From contig CAVOKF010000004.1 in assembly GCA_963696385.1 (NCBI GenBank), positions 384,001 to 448,000 on the forward strand: 64,000 bases of DNA, written 5' to 3'. The position numbers were made by a program, and so were the translations under genes. This document shows positions 28,470 to 38,623 of this stretch, in pieces; position 1 is the first letter of the stretch, and each line of letters begins with the position of its first letter. The stretch comes from an uncultured delta proteobacterium. GTDB taxonomy: Bacteria > Myxococcota_A > Polyangia > Polyangiales > Polyangiaceae. The notes beneath the pieces are model-generated. The model made no database searches. It worked only from the letters and a program-made list of their open reading frames with translations, and was not told the origin of the DNA.

Positions 28470-30179
28470 TCATCGCCGATACGCGTGCGCGTCCGCCTCG
28501 GCTCGTTCCGCAAGCGCTCGGTCCCCGGTTGCCTCCATGACGAAGGCTCGTGCCCGAAGCAGGGATGCGGAAGCCCGCGCCAGGTCGGGCTGGTTGGCCG
28601 CGCGTTGGGCGAGTCGGTCCCGCGCCGGGGCCGTTGCATCGAGAGCGCGGCGCCGGTCGCTCGATCCGCGCGGCTCCACTTCGAAGCGGTCGAAAAGCGC
28701 AAGGGGCACGAGATGACGGCCTACCGCGGCGCCCCACCGCGGATCGTATGCCGTCACGAGCGGCCGGGTCCCGGCCGCGGACGAGAGGGACGCCTCCGTG
28801 GGCGTGCCCGTCAGCTCGATGTCCCGCCAGAACGGCACCAACGACGGTTCCCGCGTGATCTCGCGCCACGGCGGTTCGCATCCGCCGCACGTGGCCACGA
28901 CGAGGATGTCGTCGCGCAACTGCCCCTGCCCCCGGGCGGCCCGGGCTCGGGACAAGACGAACGGGTCGCCGACGACCGCGATGCTGTTGGGCGGAAGCGT
29001 CCCCCACGCCACCTCGTTCCAGAGGGTCGCTGCCTCCGCGCTCTCCGATCCTTGCGCCGATCGGGCGAGGACGTCGTCGGCGGCTTCTACGGGGAAGACC
29101 ATCGCGAGCAACAGGACCATCGCGGCGCTGGCACGCGCCATAGGAAGGCGCGCTGCGGCCACGGCGCGCACCGCGGTCTGCAGCGCCACTCCCACGAGCA
29201 ACGCGAGCGCCGCGTGGGCTGCGAGCAGCGGCGCACCGAAGCGCATCGGGCCGGCCGGGGCCCCGACCCAGGCACAGGCGAGGCCGAGGGTCGCGACGAC
29301 GACGAGTGCCGCGGTCAAGGGCCGCGCTCGTTCGAACCGCGCGGCAATGGCCGCACCGGTGGCGGCGAGCACGAGAAAGACGGGGCCCGCGTCGCTTTGC
29401 AGAAAACGCGTGGGCGGGCCCGCGACCGACGCACTCGCGTCTCCGAGCCACCCCTGGGCCAACGCCGGCTCGAGAGCAACGCCATCCAGACGCACGTGCG
29501 CGATCGCGACGAGCCACGGAGCCAGGCCCAAGGTCGCCGCGGCGATCGCGGCCGGTCCGTGATCGCGCCATGCGGTGGCAAGGCAACGACGCGAGTGGGG
29601 CGTCGACGCGAAAAGCGCGCTGCAAGCGGCGAAGGCGCACACGCCGTCGAGGGGCTCGTACCCTGCTGCCGCGGCAAGAGCGAATGCGGTGGCCATCCAC
29701 GACGTTCGGCACCCGTCGTGATCCCGCCCGGCCGCGATCGCGAGCGGCGCCAGGATGAGCATCGCCCCGGTGACCGAACCGCCGACCATCACCGCTTCCG
29801 TTTGCCAGGGAATGCCGAGCGTGGCGGTCAACGCTGCAATCGCGGCCACGATGAGGGCGGCTGGCCCCCGGCCCACGGAGCCAAAGAGCAGACGGCGGCC
29901 CAGCCGAAAGAGGATGACGCTCGAGGCCGCAGCGACGAGGCCGCTCGAAAGTTGGCTGCGTGCCGCCAGCGTACCGACGGGCACCAGCGCCAACAGGTTG
30001 TCGAGGGCCACGTCGAGCGCGCGCCATGGCACCGGTGCGATCCCCATGACCCGCGCGACGCCTGCATCGCAAGCCGCGCTCGCGGCATCGGTGACGCGCA
30101 GCGCGGCGAGCAGCGCCGGTGCAAGCGCACAGACGGCGGCCATCGCCACGCCGGTGCGCTGGCCCATCGGCGAGTTCAT
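28470..30179 (-). CDS. multi-pass membrane protein (possibly DUF2723/GT-C-like)
   Basis: About 10 hydrophobic segments followed by a soluble C-terminal domain; start 30179 or 30188. Confidence 0.65.
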   Translation of the reverse strand: MNSPMGQRTGVAMAAVCALAPALLAALRVTDAASAACDAGVARVMGIAPVPWRALDVALDNLLALVPVGTLAARSQLSSGLVAAASSVILFRLGRRLLFGSVGRGPAALIVAAIAALTATLGIPWQTEAVMVGGSVTGAMLILAPLAIAAGRDHDGCRTSWMATAFALAAAAGYEPLDGVCAFAACSALFASTPHSRRCLATAWRDHGPAAIAAATLGLAPWLVAIAHVRLDGVALEPALAQGWLGDASASVAGPPTRFLQSDAGPVFLVLAATGAAIAARFERARPLTAALVVVATLGLACAWVGAPAGPMRFGAPLLAAHAALALLVGVALQTAVRAVAAARLPMARASAAMVLLLAMVFPVEAADDVLARSAQGSESAEAATLWNEVAWGTLPPNSIAVVGDPFVLSRARAARGQGQLRDDILVVATCGGCEPPWREITREPSLVPFWRDIELTGTPTEASLSSAAGTRPLVTAYDPRWGAAVGRHLVPLALFDRFEVEPRGSSDRRRALDATAPARDRLAQRAANQPDLARASASLLRARAFVMEATGDRALAERAEADAHAYRR

Positions 30180-30209
30180 CGCCGCCATGGTACCGTGCGA
30201 CCCCGCACC

Positions 30210-32093
<1,884 letters not shown>

Positions 32094-32249
32094 CCACGCC
32101 GTCGTCTCCACTCCACGCCCGAACAGACCCCCGCCCGGACGGGTCCAGGCGCGATGGGCTCTCAGCGTAACGGCTCGCCCGCTTCAATCGCGAGGCCAAG
32201 CCATTCGAGGATGGCGCGAGCTCGGGCGTTGACGGCGTGGGTCCTCCGC

Positions 32250-33308
32250 TTACCGCTCGAGCAGCTGCCGGAGCGCCGCGAGCGGATCGAAGCCGAGCAG
32301 CGCTGTCACGTCCTTTCCGGTGGCCCGGGCTACGTGCGTGCGTGCGGCGCGAATCCACGGGGTCACGGCGGCGAGGGGTGCGATGCGTCCGGTCAAGACG
32401 CGGAGCCCGCGCAGAGCGTAGTAGGTGCCGTCGAACCCGATGGCGACTCCGACCGCGATGGGCATGGGGGAGATGATCACGTCGCGAACCGCAACCGCGC
32501 GGCTCCACGCACCGGGCCGGCGGTCCGTCTGCAAGGATCGGAACGTGGAAAGCTCCGCGAAACAGCCGAATCCGACAGGCGCGTACCGCTCCTCGACTGC
32601 GCGGGCGAGGTGGCGGTAGTCACGCCTCCAGTCGCCCGACAAAAGTCCTAGGCCGGGGCGCAACTCCTCGGGGCCGGCGACCACGTCGAAGGCGTCTCCG
32701 CGCCGCCGGGCGACGAACGACGTCCAGAGGGCCCCCTCGTCGAACAGACCGAGCACCACCGCTCGCCCATTCGCGCAAAGCGCGTCGAGAGTCCGACGGA
32801 TGACCGCGGCCGTCGGCAACGGTAGGCCGCGCAGCCGCTGCGGCCAGGTGGCAATGGCTCCCTCGTCGATCATCTCGCGCAGGATCCCGAGGAACATGAC
32901 CGACTGGGCGGTGAAGTCGTCGCCCCGGCGCGCACGCGCGCCGAAGCGTTCCATGACCTCGTCCAGCGCACCCAACCTCAGGCTCAAGACCCAGCTGGCA
33001 TGATGAGCTTGGGCCATCTGCGGCAACGACGAAAGGGCGTTGGCTGGCGGCGTCGCGGCGCGCGCCTCGGCGGGATGGCTCGGGGCCGCCGCAGCAGCAG
33101 CCGACAGGGCCGTAGCCGCCGACGGGTCGAGGCGGCCGTGGTGGGTATGCAGCAGTTTGAGGACCAGACCCTCTTCATGCACGATCACCAGGCCGCCCCG
33201 TGGCTGCGTTCGCTCGTGGTCGGGCGTCGCGCGCGGCTGCCAGAGTCGAAGAAAGCGCAGCCAATCCTCGGTGGTCCAGCCCTCGAAGCGCACATCGGGG
33301 GTCAGCAA
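32250..33308 (-). CDS. hypothetical protein
   Basis: 352-aa ORF with protein-like composition. Confidence 0.7.
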   Translation of the reverse strand: MLTPDVRFEGWTTEDWLRFLRLWQPRATPDHERTQPRGGLVIVHEEGLVLKLLHTHHGRLDPSAATALSAAAAAAPSHPAEARAATPPANALSSLPQMAQAHHASWVLSLRLGALDEVMERFGARARRGDDFTAQSVMFLGILREMIDEGAIATWPQRLRGLPLPTAAVIRRTLDALCANGRAVVLGLFDEGALWTSFVARRRGDAFDVVAGPEELRPGLGLLSGDWRRDYRHLARAVEERYAPVGFGCFAELSTFRSLQTDRRPGAWSRAVAVRDVIISPMPIAVGVAIGFDGTYYALRGLRVLTGRIAPLAAVTPWIRAARTHVARATGKDVTALLGFDPLAALRQLLER

Positions 33309-33355
33309 AGCGGCCCGAGCATAGCAGCGGCGTGCTAATCGGCTCCCCGCCTCGC

Positions 33356-34294
33356 GTGAATGCCGAGCACATCTTCGTTCGGTACGTCTTGCCGCTCGTT
33401 CCGCCCGAAGAGCGCGACGACCTGGCGCGTGCGCGAAGCGTCGATGCGAACCCGGGTCGCAACGGGGCGGTCCTCGGTCACCTCGACGACGCTGCCAATC
33501 GGTTCGCGCGCAATGCCTCGGGTCTGTTCGGCACCGACTTGCGCCTCAATCGAACCGACGCGAGCGTTCATCGGCTCGGCGCCGCGCTGACCCGTGCTCG
33601 TCGCGATGCCTGGGCGAATCAAGGAACTCCCGGCACGGCCGACAACCTACTCTTCAATGCTATCGCTCACGGAGCCGCGTACGTCGGAGCGTGCATCGTG
33701 GATCGCCATGCCGGCGTATGGGGCGTGCGCCGTCCGCTTTGGGAAAGCGTCGTGCGGCTTCGATCGGCCGCGGGCGAGGCCGACCTCGCCGTGTTCCATT
33801 GGTGGCTCAAGTCGTTGTCGGACGATGCGCTCGGAGGATCCACCGGCGCCACGCTGGCCGATCGGTACCGCGCCCACGTCGAGGTCCCGTGCGCGGCTCC
33901 GTACGCTTTGCCGGTGCTCGTATCGGGAGAGCGCGCGTTGCCCAGGCTCAAGCATCCGAGCTACGATCGACTCCATAAATATCTGAGAGCCCACATCCCC
34001 GAAGTGAAGGATGTCGGCGCCGATTTCCCGAGTGCCGAGCGTTTCGCCGCCTTCGGTTTTCGATGGATGGACTTCCACCTCGTCGGGGGGGGGCGCAACG
34101 TCCTGCTCGCGGGGGCCTGCCGCGAAGGCCTGCACTTGATTTGGCTCGGTCAGGCCGGCTTCGAGAAGAGCGCGTTCGTCGCGGGTGACGAGCAGCCCAA
34201 TCCGGTCGTACGCATCGAAGGCGATCGCGTCACGGCCATGACGTCGGAAGGTGGCCAAGCGCGCGTCGCCGAACTGCTTTGGTGGGGTCCCTGA
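33356..34294 (+). CDS. hypothetical protein
   Basis: GTG start; Trp/His-rich globular sequence ending ELLWWGP. Confidence 0.7.
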   Translation: MNAEHIFVRYVLPLVPPEERDDLARARSVDANPGRNGAVLGHLDDAANRFARNASGLFGTDLRLNRTDASVHRLGAALTRARRDAWANQGTPGTADNLLFNAIAHGAAYVGACIVDRHAGVWGVRRPLWESVVRLRSAAGEADLAVFHWWLKSLSDDALGGSTGATLADRYRAHVEVPCAAPYALPVLVSGERALPRLKHPSYDRLHKYLRAHIPEVKDVGADFPSAERFAAFGFRWMDFHLVGGGRNVLLAGACREGLHLIWLGQAGFEKSAFVAGDEQPNPVVRIEGDRVTAMTSEGGQARVAELLWWGP

Positions 34295-34350
34295 TCGCCC
34301 CAGCACACGCCGGGGCACCCGGCCTCCGAAGGATCGATGCCTGGGTCGGT

Positions 34351-35175
34351 TCAGCGCCCCGGTGCATCGGTCGTCCACCAGCGGATGCACAAATCGTCGC
34401 TCGCATGGCGCACGGCCGCCTGCGGCGCGATCGTCGTGACACGCGAATCGCCGATCCGTCCGTTCGGCTTGGGGGACACGCTGACGGAAAGTCCCAAGGT
34501 TTCGGCCTCGGGACCGCAGAGGTTCGCTTCGGCGCGCGCGACGATCCATGGCTTGGAATCGACGGACACGACCTGAATGCGTCCGAGTGTCATGGCAAGC
34601 CCCCCGGCGACACCCAAGCGCACGACGACGTCGCGTGCTCCGGTCGCGTCGGCTATTGGGCCGCGCAACAGGCTCCGGATGCGGATCACCGCGATCTCGC
34701 CCGCCGAGTACGCGCGCTTGAGCTGCGCCTCCTTGATGCGGAGAACGACGCCGGCCATTTGTGAGGGCCCGAGCAGAGGCTGAGTCCCGGGACCGCGTGC
34801 GGGCGCCGTTTCGGTGGCGATACGCTCGCCGGGCTCCTCGCTCCGTGCGTCGCCCCGCGCGTCGGCCGGCGACGTCAATCGCGCATCCAGGGCGATCGGC
34901 GTTCCCGGCGCCCCGAACGCCACGTAGAGATCGAGGCCACCGGACTGCCAGTCGCCGCGCGGTAGGTTGACGTCCTCGATCACCGTGACGCGGTCGCGCG
35001 CTGCTTCGACGCGGACGCGCGCCACGCTCGGCAGCATGGGTAGAGGAAGCGTTGGCGCGCGCGACCAGGCTGGTGGGGCAGCGGCGCGGGCGGCAGGGCG
35101 CGTGGAGGGCATCTTCGCGCGATCTCGGCCGACCAGCGCGAGGCCGATGCTCACGACGGCCAGAGCGAGTCTCAC
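34351..35175 (-). CDS. hypothetical exported protein
   Basis: GTGA overlap with the upstream stop; N-terminal hydrophobic segment; beta-rich body. Confidence 0.65.
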   Translation of the reverse strand: MRLALAVVSIGLALVGRDRAKMPSTRPAARAAAPPAWSRAPTLPLPMLPSVARVRVEAARDRVTVIEDVNLPRGDWQSGGLDLYVAFGAPGTPIALDARLTSPADARGDARSEEPGERIATETAPARGPGTQPLLGPSQMAGVVLRIKEAQLKRAYSAGEIAVIRIRSLLRGPIADATGARDVVVRLGVAGGLAMTLGRIQVVSVDSKPWIVARAEANLCGPEAETLGLSVSVSPKPNGRIGDSRVTTIAPQAAVRHASDDLCIRWWTTDAPGR

Positions 35176-36536
35176 CCAAGAGCCTCCTCGAACAGACGCC
35201 CTTGCGCCTGGGCAATCGGTACCAATGCCGCTTCGTCGATGGGCTCCGGTACCGGCATGGCGCCTTGCGCCCGCAACTGCGCCCACGCCGCCGGGTTGCG
35301 AAACCAGTCGGAGTCGAACCGATTGCGCAGCGTCTCGCGCAACGACGGCGCCTGAAGCAGCGCCACGAACCGCCCCGGCTCGTCGTCGCGCGCGAACGGC
35401 CACGCACCGCGCAACCGGGCGTCGAGCGGGGCTCCGAACAGGCGCACGCCAATCTCGTCGAAGAGGCTCGGCGGCGAGGGGTCCTCGTCGTCGCCGAGCA
35501 AGATCCGAGCGGCGTGCAGGCGGACTTCCAAGAGGGCGCTTCGAGCCAGTATCCGCGCCTGGCTGGCGGCGATCCGGCGCCCGAGCCCGAGCTCACGCCG
35601 CTGAAACTCCATGTCCGCGGCCAGTGAGGCAAAGACGAAGCCGTGTCGGTGTGCGCCGACCGACGCGACCTCTCGTGACAGCCCGTGCGGTAGCGAGGAC
35701 GGCGCCGCGCCCAGGCGGGCGGCGAATCCAAAGGCGTAGAGCGCGCGCGCGAAGCTCGAGGCGCCGAACGCGGGCGGAAGCTGGGGAAGGCGAATCCGCA
35801 GACCCGGCGTGAGCGCCCCGAATATTTCCTCGAGCCACCGCGACGAGAGATGGGCGGGCCAGCCCTCGCCGGCGTCGCGCGCGGTCGCCTGATGCAGTGT
35901 CGCCGCCGCACCCGGTGCGCCACTATGGCCCGCCTGCCGGCGCACCGCGACCGTGAGGTCTTCGGTCGCGTCGAGCAGCCGCGTCGCCGCTTCGCGAATC
36001 GCGTTGCGCGAAACGGGCACCGAAATTTCCCAGGGGTGGGAGAAGCCCAGGCGCCGGGCGACCTCGACTCGCCTCGCCGCAGTTTTTCGACCGATGGCTG
36101 CGAGCCCCGTACCGGCTTCGCAGGCCGCCTCCATCCAGCACTCCGCCTCGCCGCCCGTTCGAGCGGCGACGAGGCCACGCCACGCCTCGCGCCACGATAC
36201 GAGACGTGGGGTCGGACCGTGGAATCGTCCGCGCGCAGCGTTGACGTGTCGAGCCCGCGCCAGCTCGTCGGCGAGGCCGATACGCGTCTGCACCAGCGCG
36301 GCCACCCAGGTCATCAGAGAGTCCCGCAACGGTCCGTCGGCGCCGCTGGGAGTCCACGCGCGCAACGCGTCCCGTGTCGACTTCGCCGACGCTCGCCTTA
36401 CCCCCTCGAATGGGTCTTGCTCCGCGCTGGCGTCCGGATCATCCGCCAGGCCTGCCCGCCAGCTTTCGACCTGTCCCACGGCACGCGCCACGTCCCGGTC
36501 GAGCGCGAGCAGGTCGTCAATCGTCGATTCAGCCAT
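35172..36536 (-). CDS. hypothetical protein resembling the M3 peptidase fold, lacking HExxH
   Basis: 454-aa helical ORF coupled to miaE; C-terminal LRNRFDSDWFRNP. Confidence 0.6.
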   Translation of the reverse strand: MAESTIDDLLALDRDVARAVGQVESWRAGLADDPDASAEQDPFEGVRRASAKSTRDALRAWTPSGADGPLRDSLMTWVAALVQTRIGLADELARARHVNAARGRFHGPTPRLVSWREAWRGLVAARTGGEAECWMEAACEAGTGLAAIGRKTAARRVEVARRLGFSHPWEISVPVSRNAIREAATRLLDATEDLTVAVRRQAGHSGAPGAAATLHQATARDAGEGWPAHLSSRWLEEIFGALTPGLRIRLPQLPPAFGASSFARALYAFGFAARLGAAPSSLPHGLSREVASVGAHRHGFVFASLAADMEFQRRELGLGRRIAASQARILARSALLEVRLHAARILLGDDEDPSPPSLFDEIGVRLFGAPLDARLRGAWPFARDDEPGRFVALLQAPSLRETLRNRFDSDWFRNPAAWAQLRAQGAMPVPEPIDEAALVPIAQAQGRLFEEALG

Positions 36537-37152
36537 GAATCGTAGCGCGTTCCGACGGCGCGTCCCGACGAGCGAGTGCCGTCACGATGGCCGCCTCGGC
36601 CTCGGCGAGCCGTTCCAGTCGCGTCACCACACGCCGGCGATCGCCGTGGCCGACCCGCAGCGCCAGATCGACGAATGTCCGATAGTGGCCGGCTTCTGCG
36701 GCGAAGAGCTCCTCCCACAGTGCGGCGACTTCTCGCTGCCCGACTTCGCTCGTCGCTGCGTCGGCGAGCAGTTTGAATCGCTCGCACGAGCGAGCCTCGA
36801 TGATCGCGGCCACGAGCAGTCGATCCACGAGCGGAGTGGAGACGGGCCCGTCGGGCAACGCGCGAATGGCCCTGCGCAGCCCGGCTGCATACCCGTCGAC
36901 GGTCGGCGCGCCGAGGGTCGCTCCGCGGGCCTCGATGAGGGTACGCACACGCTCGAAGTGGTCCCGCTCTTCGCGAGCCAGGTCGGTCAGCACCCGCACC
37001 AAGTCTACGTCTTCGGGGTAGCGGGTCGCGAGCGAGAGCGCGTTCGACGCCGCCTTCATCTCGCAATGGGCATGATCGATGAGGACGGCGTCGATGCGAC
37101 TCACCGCTGCGCTCGCCCACGCGGCATCGGTTCCCACTCTCAAGCAGAGCAT
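36529..37152 (-). CDS. miaE: tRNA-(ms2io6A) hydroxylase
   Basis: DHAHCEMKAA, EERDHF, IEARSCERF, EAGHY di-iron motifs. Confidence 0.93.
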   Translation of the reverse strand: MLCLRVGTDAAWASAAVSRIDAVLIDHAHCEMKAASNALSLATRYPEDVDLVRVLTDLAREERDHFERVRTLIEARGATLGAPTVDGYAAGLRRAIRALPDGPVSTPLVDRLLVAAIIEARSCERFKLLADAATSEVGQREVAALWEELFAAEAGHYRTFVDLALRVGHGDRRRVVTRLERLAEAEAAIVTALARRDAPSERATIHG

Positions 37153-37164
37153 CGTCGTATGTTC

Positions 37165-37629
37165 TTAGCGTTTCTGGCCGCCCTTTCGTAGTCTTCCGAG
37201 CTCGCCGCCCAAAGCGGCAAAGGGAACCGCTATCCCCACGACGACGAGCGCTCCGGGGGCGAAGCCAAGCGTGAGCCAGGAAGCGGCGATCGCCACGATC
37301 GCAGCCACCAGTCCGGCAAGCGCCGCTCGGCGCGGGCCCCCCGTGGGCCCCCCCCATGCTCCGATCAGCGCGCCGCCGGCCAGGGCCGCGGCGGCGAGCG
37401 CGAACGCGGAGGCCACGGCGTAGCCGATCGCGGCGCGCGCCAGCCGATGGGGTCCTTCGCCGACTGCGATCCAGTGCGAGGCGACCGATACACCCAACGC
37501 CGCCAGAGGCACCCACACGACGAAAATGGCGATGGCCCCGAACCCCACCCATTGCCAGGCGGTTCGTGGCTCGAGTTCGCCCGACGCGTCGTCCGAAGGC
37601 ACAAGAGGCAAGCGGCGCTTGCGCTCCAT
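37165..37629 (-). CDS. 4-TM membrane protein
   Basis: Four hydrophobic segments. Confidence 0.7.
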   Translation of the reverse strand: MERKRRLPLVPSDDASGELEPRTAWQWVGFGAIAIFVVWVPLAALGVSVASHWIAVGEGPHRLARAAIGYAVASAFALAAAALAGGALIGAWGGPTGGPRRAALAGLVAAIVAIAASWLTLGFAPGALVVVGIAVPFAALGGELGRLRKGGQKR

Positions 37630-37679
37630 GCGCGGTAAGATAGCCGAGTCGGGATCCCGGTAACAGCGGGCGGGCCGCC

Positions 37680-38141
37680 ATGTTAGATGGCGGATCTGTC
37701 GTGCCTTCGGAACCGATCGATCCGGCCGCCGCGCGCAGCGTCGTCCGCGTCCGTGTGCGCTTCGACGATACGGACCTCATGGGTATCGTTCATCACGCGA
37801 AGTATCTGTCGTTCATGGAAATCGCCCGGGTCGAATGGCTCCGTCGCCGGGGTGCCAACTACGCGGAATGGACCGTTCGCGGCATCCACCTTCCCGTCGT
37901 CGAGGTCTCGGTGCGGTACCGAGCACCGGCCCGCTTTGACGACGAGCTCGACGTCCAGACAGTCCTTTCCGAGATCGGGGCGGCGACCGTGCGTTTCGAT
38001 TTTCGCCTGGTTCGGGTAGGGGACGCCACACTGTGCGCCGAAGGCTGGACGCGGCTCGCCCATGTGGACGGTCGGCACGCGCTGCGCCGAATTTCGAGGG
38101 AGATTGTGGCGGAGCTCACGCGGCCCGAGCGCCTCTCGTGA
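37680..38141 (+). CDS. acyl-CoA thioesterase (YbgC/FadM family)
   Basis: RVRFDDTDLMGIVHHAKYL..ME.AR, YRAPARFDD. Confidence 0.9.
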   Translation: MLDGGSVVPSEPIDPAAARSVVRVRVRFDDTDLMGIVHHAKYLSFMEIARVEWLRRRGANYAEWTVRGIHLPVVEVSVRYRAPARFDDELDVQTVLSEIGAATVRFDFRLVRVGDATLCAEGWTRLAHVDGRHALRRISREIVAELTRPERLS

Positions 38142-38506
38142 AGGCCCTCGAGCGGGGGCCCGCCTGGCTCGCGGCTCTCTCGTTGCTGATCGCTTGCGAA
38201 GAGGTGGGTTCGGCGCGACTGCAAGGACGCTGGCGGGGCGTGCGCATCGAGGGAGGTGGCGGCGACCGCGCGAACGCGTTCGCGCTCGCCACAGAGATTC
38301 GCGTGGATGGCCATTCGATGACCGTGGTGTCGCCGAACCTGACCCAGTCGGGCCGATATCGGGTGGTGCGCGAGGACGCGACGACCGTCGTCCTGGTCAC
38401 CGACGCCGACGGGCCGGCGGCGGCCCACACGTTCACGTTCGGAGAAGACGGCACGATGCGGTGGGCCGTGCTCGCCGGCCGTTCGATCGTCTTCGCGCGC
38501 GAATGA
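38138..38506 (+). CDS. small lipoprotein (lipocalin-like barrel)
   Basis: GTGA overlap; lipobox LIAC; LQGRW. Confidence 0.6.
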   Translation: MKALERGPAWLAALSLLIACEEVGSARLQGRWRGVRIEGGGGDRANAFALATEIRVDGHSMTVVSPNLTQSGRYRVVREDATTVVLVTDADGPAAAHTFTFGEDGTMRWAVLAGRSIVFARE

Positions 38507-38623
38507 GCTTTCTACAGAACGATCCCGCGCTTCCACCCTTCAAGCCCTCGATCCAGACTGCGAACATCCGTCGTACCGGCCGCTCGACGGCGACATCCGT
38601 CGGTCCGGGGCCTTCCTGTGGCT

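Noticed and set aside
28291..28473. Arg-rich in-frame extension or small ORF upstream of the histidine phosphatase
   Set aside because: Non-coding-like composition; cannot be supported as a gene
28341..30209. 1250-aa AspS, 796-aa phosphatase and 1302-aa TolB ORFs as long fusions
   Set aside because: The N-terminal extensions overlap other real genes; better starts are 30210, 28290 and 60670
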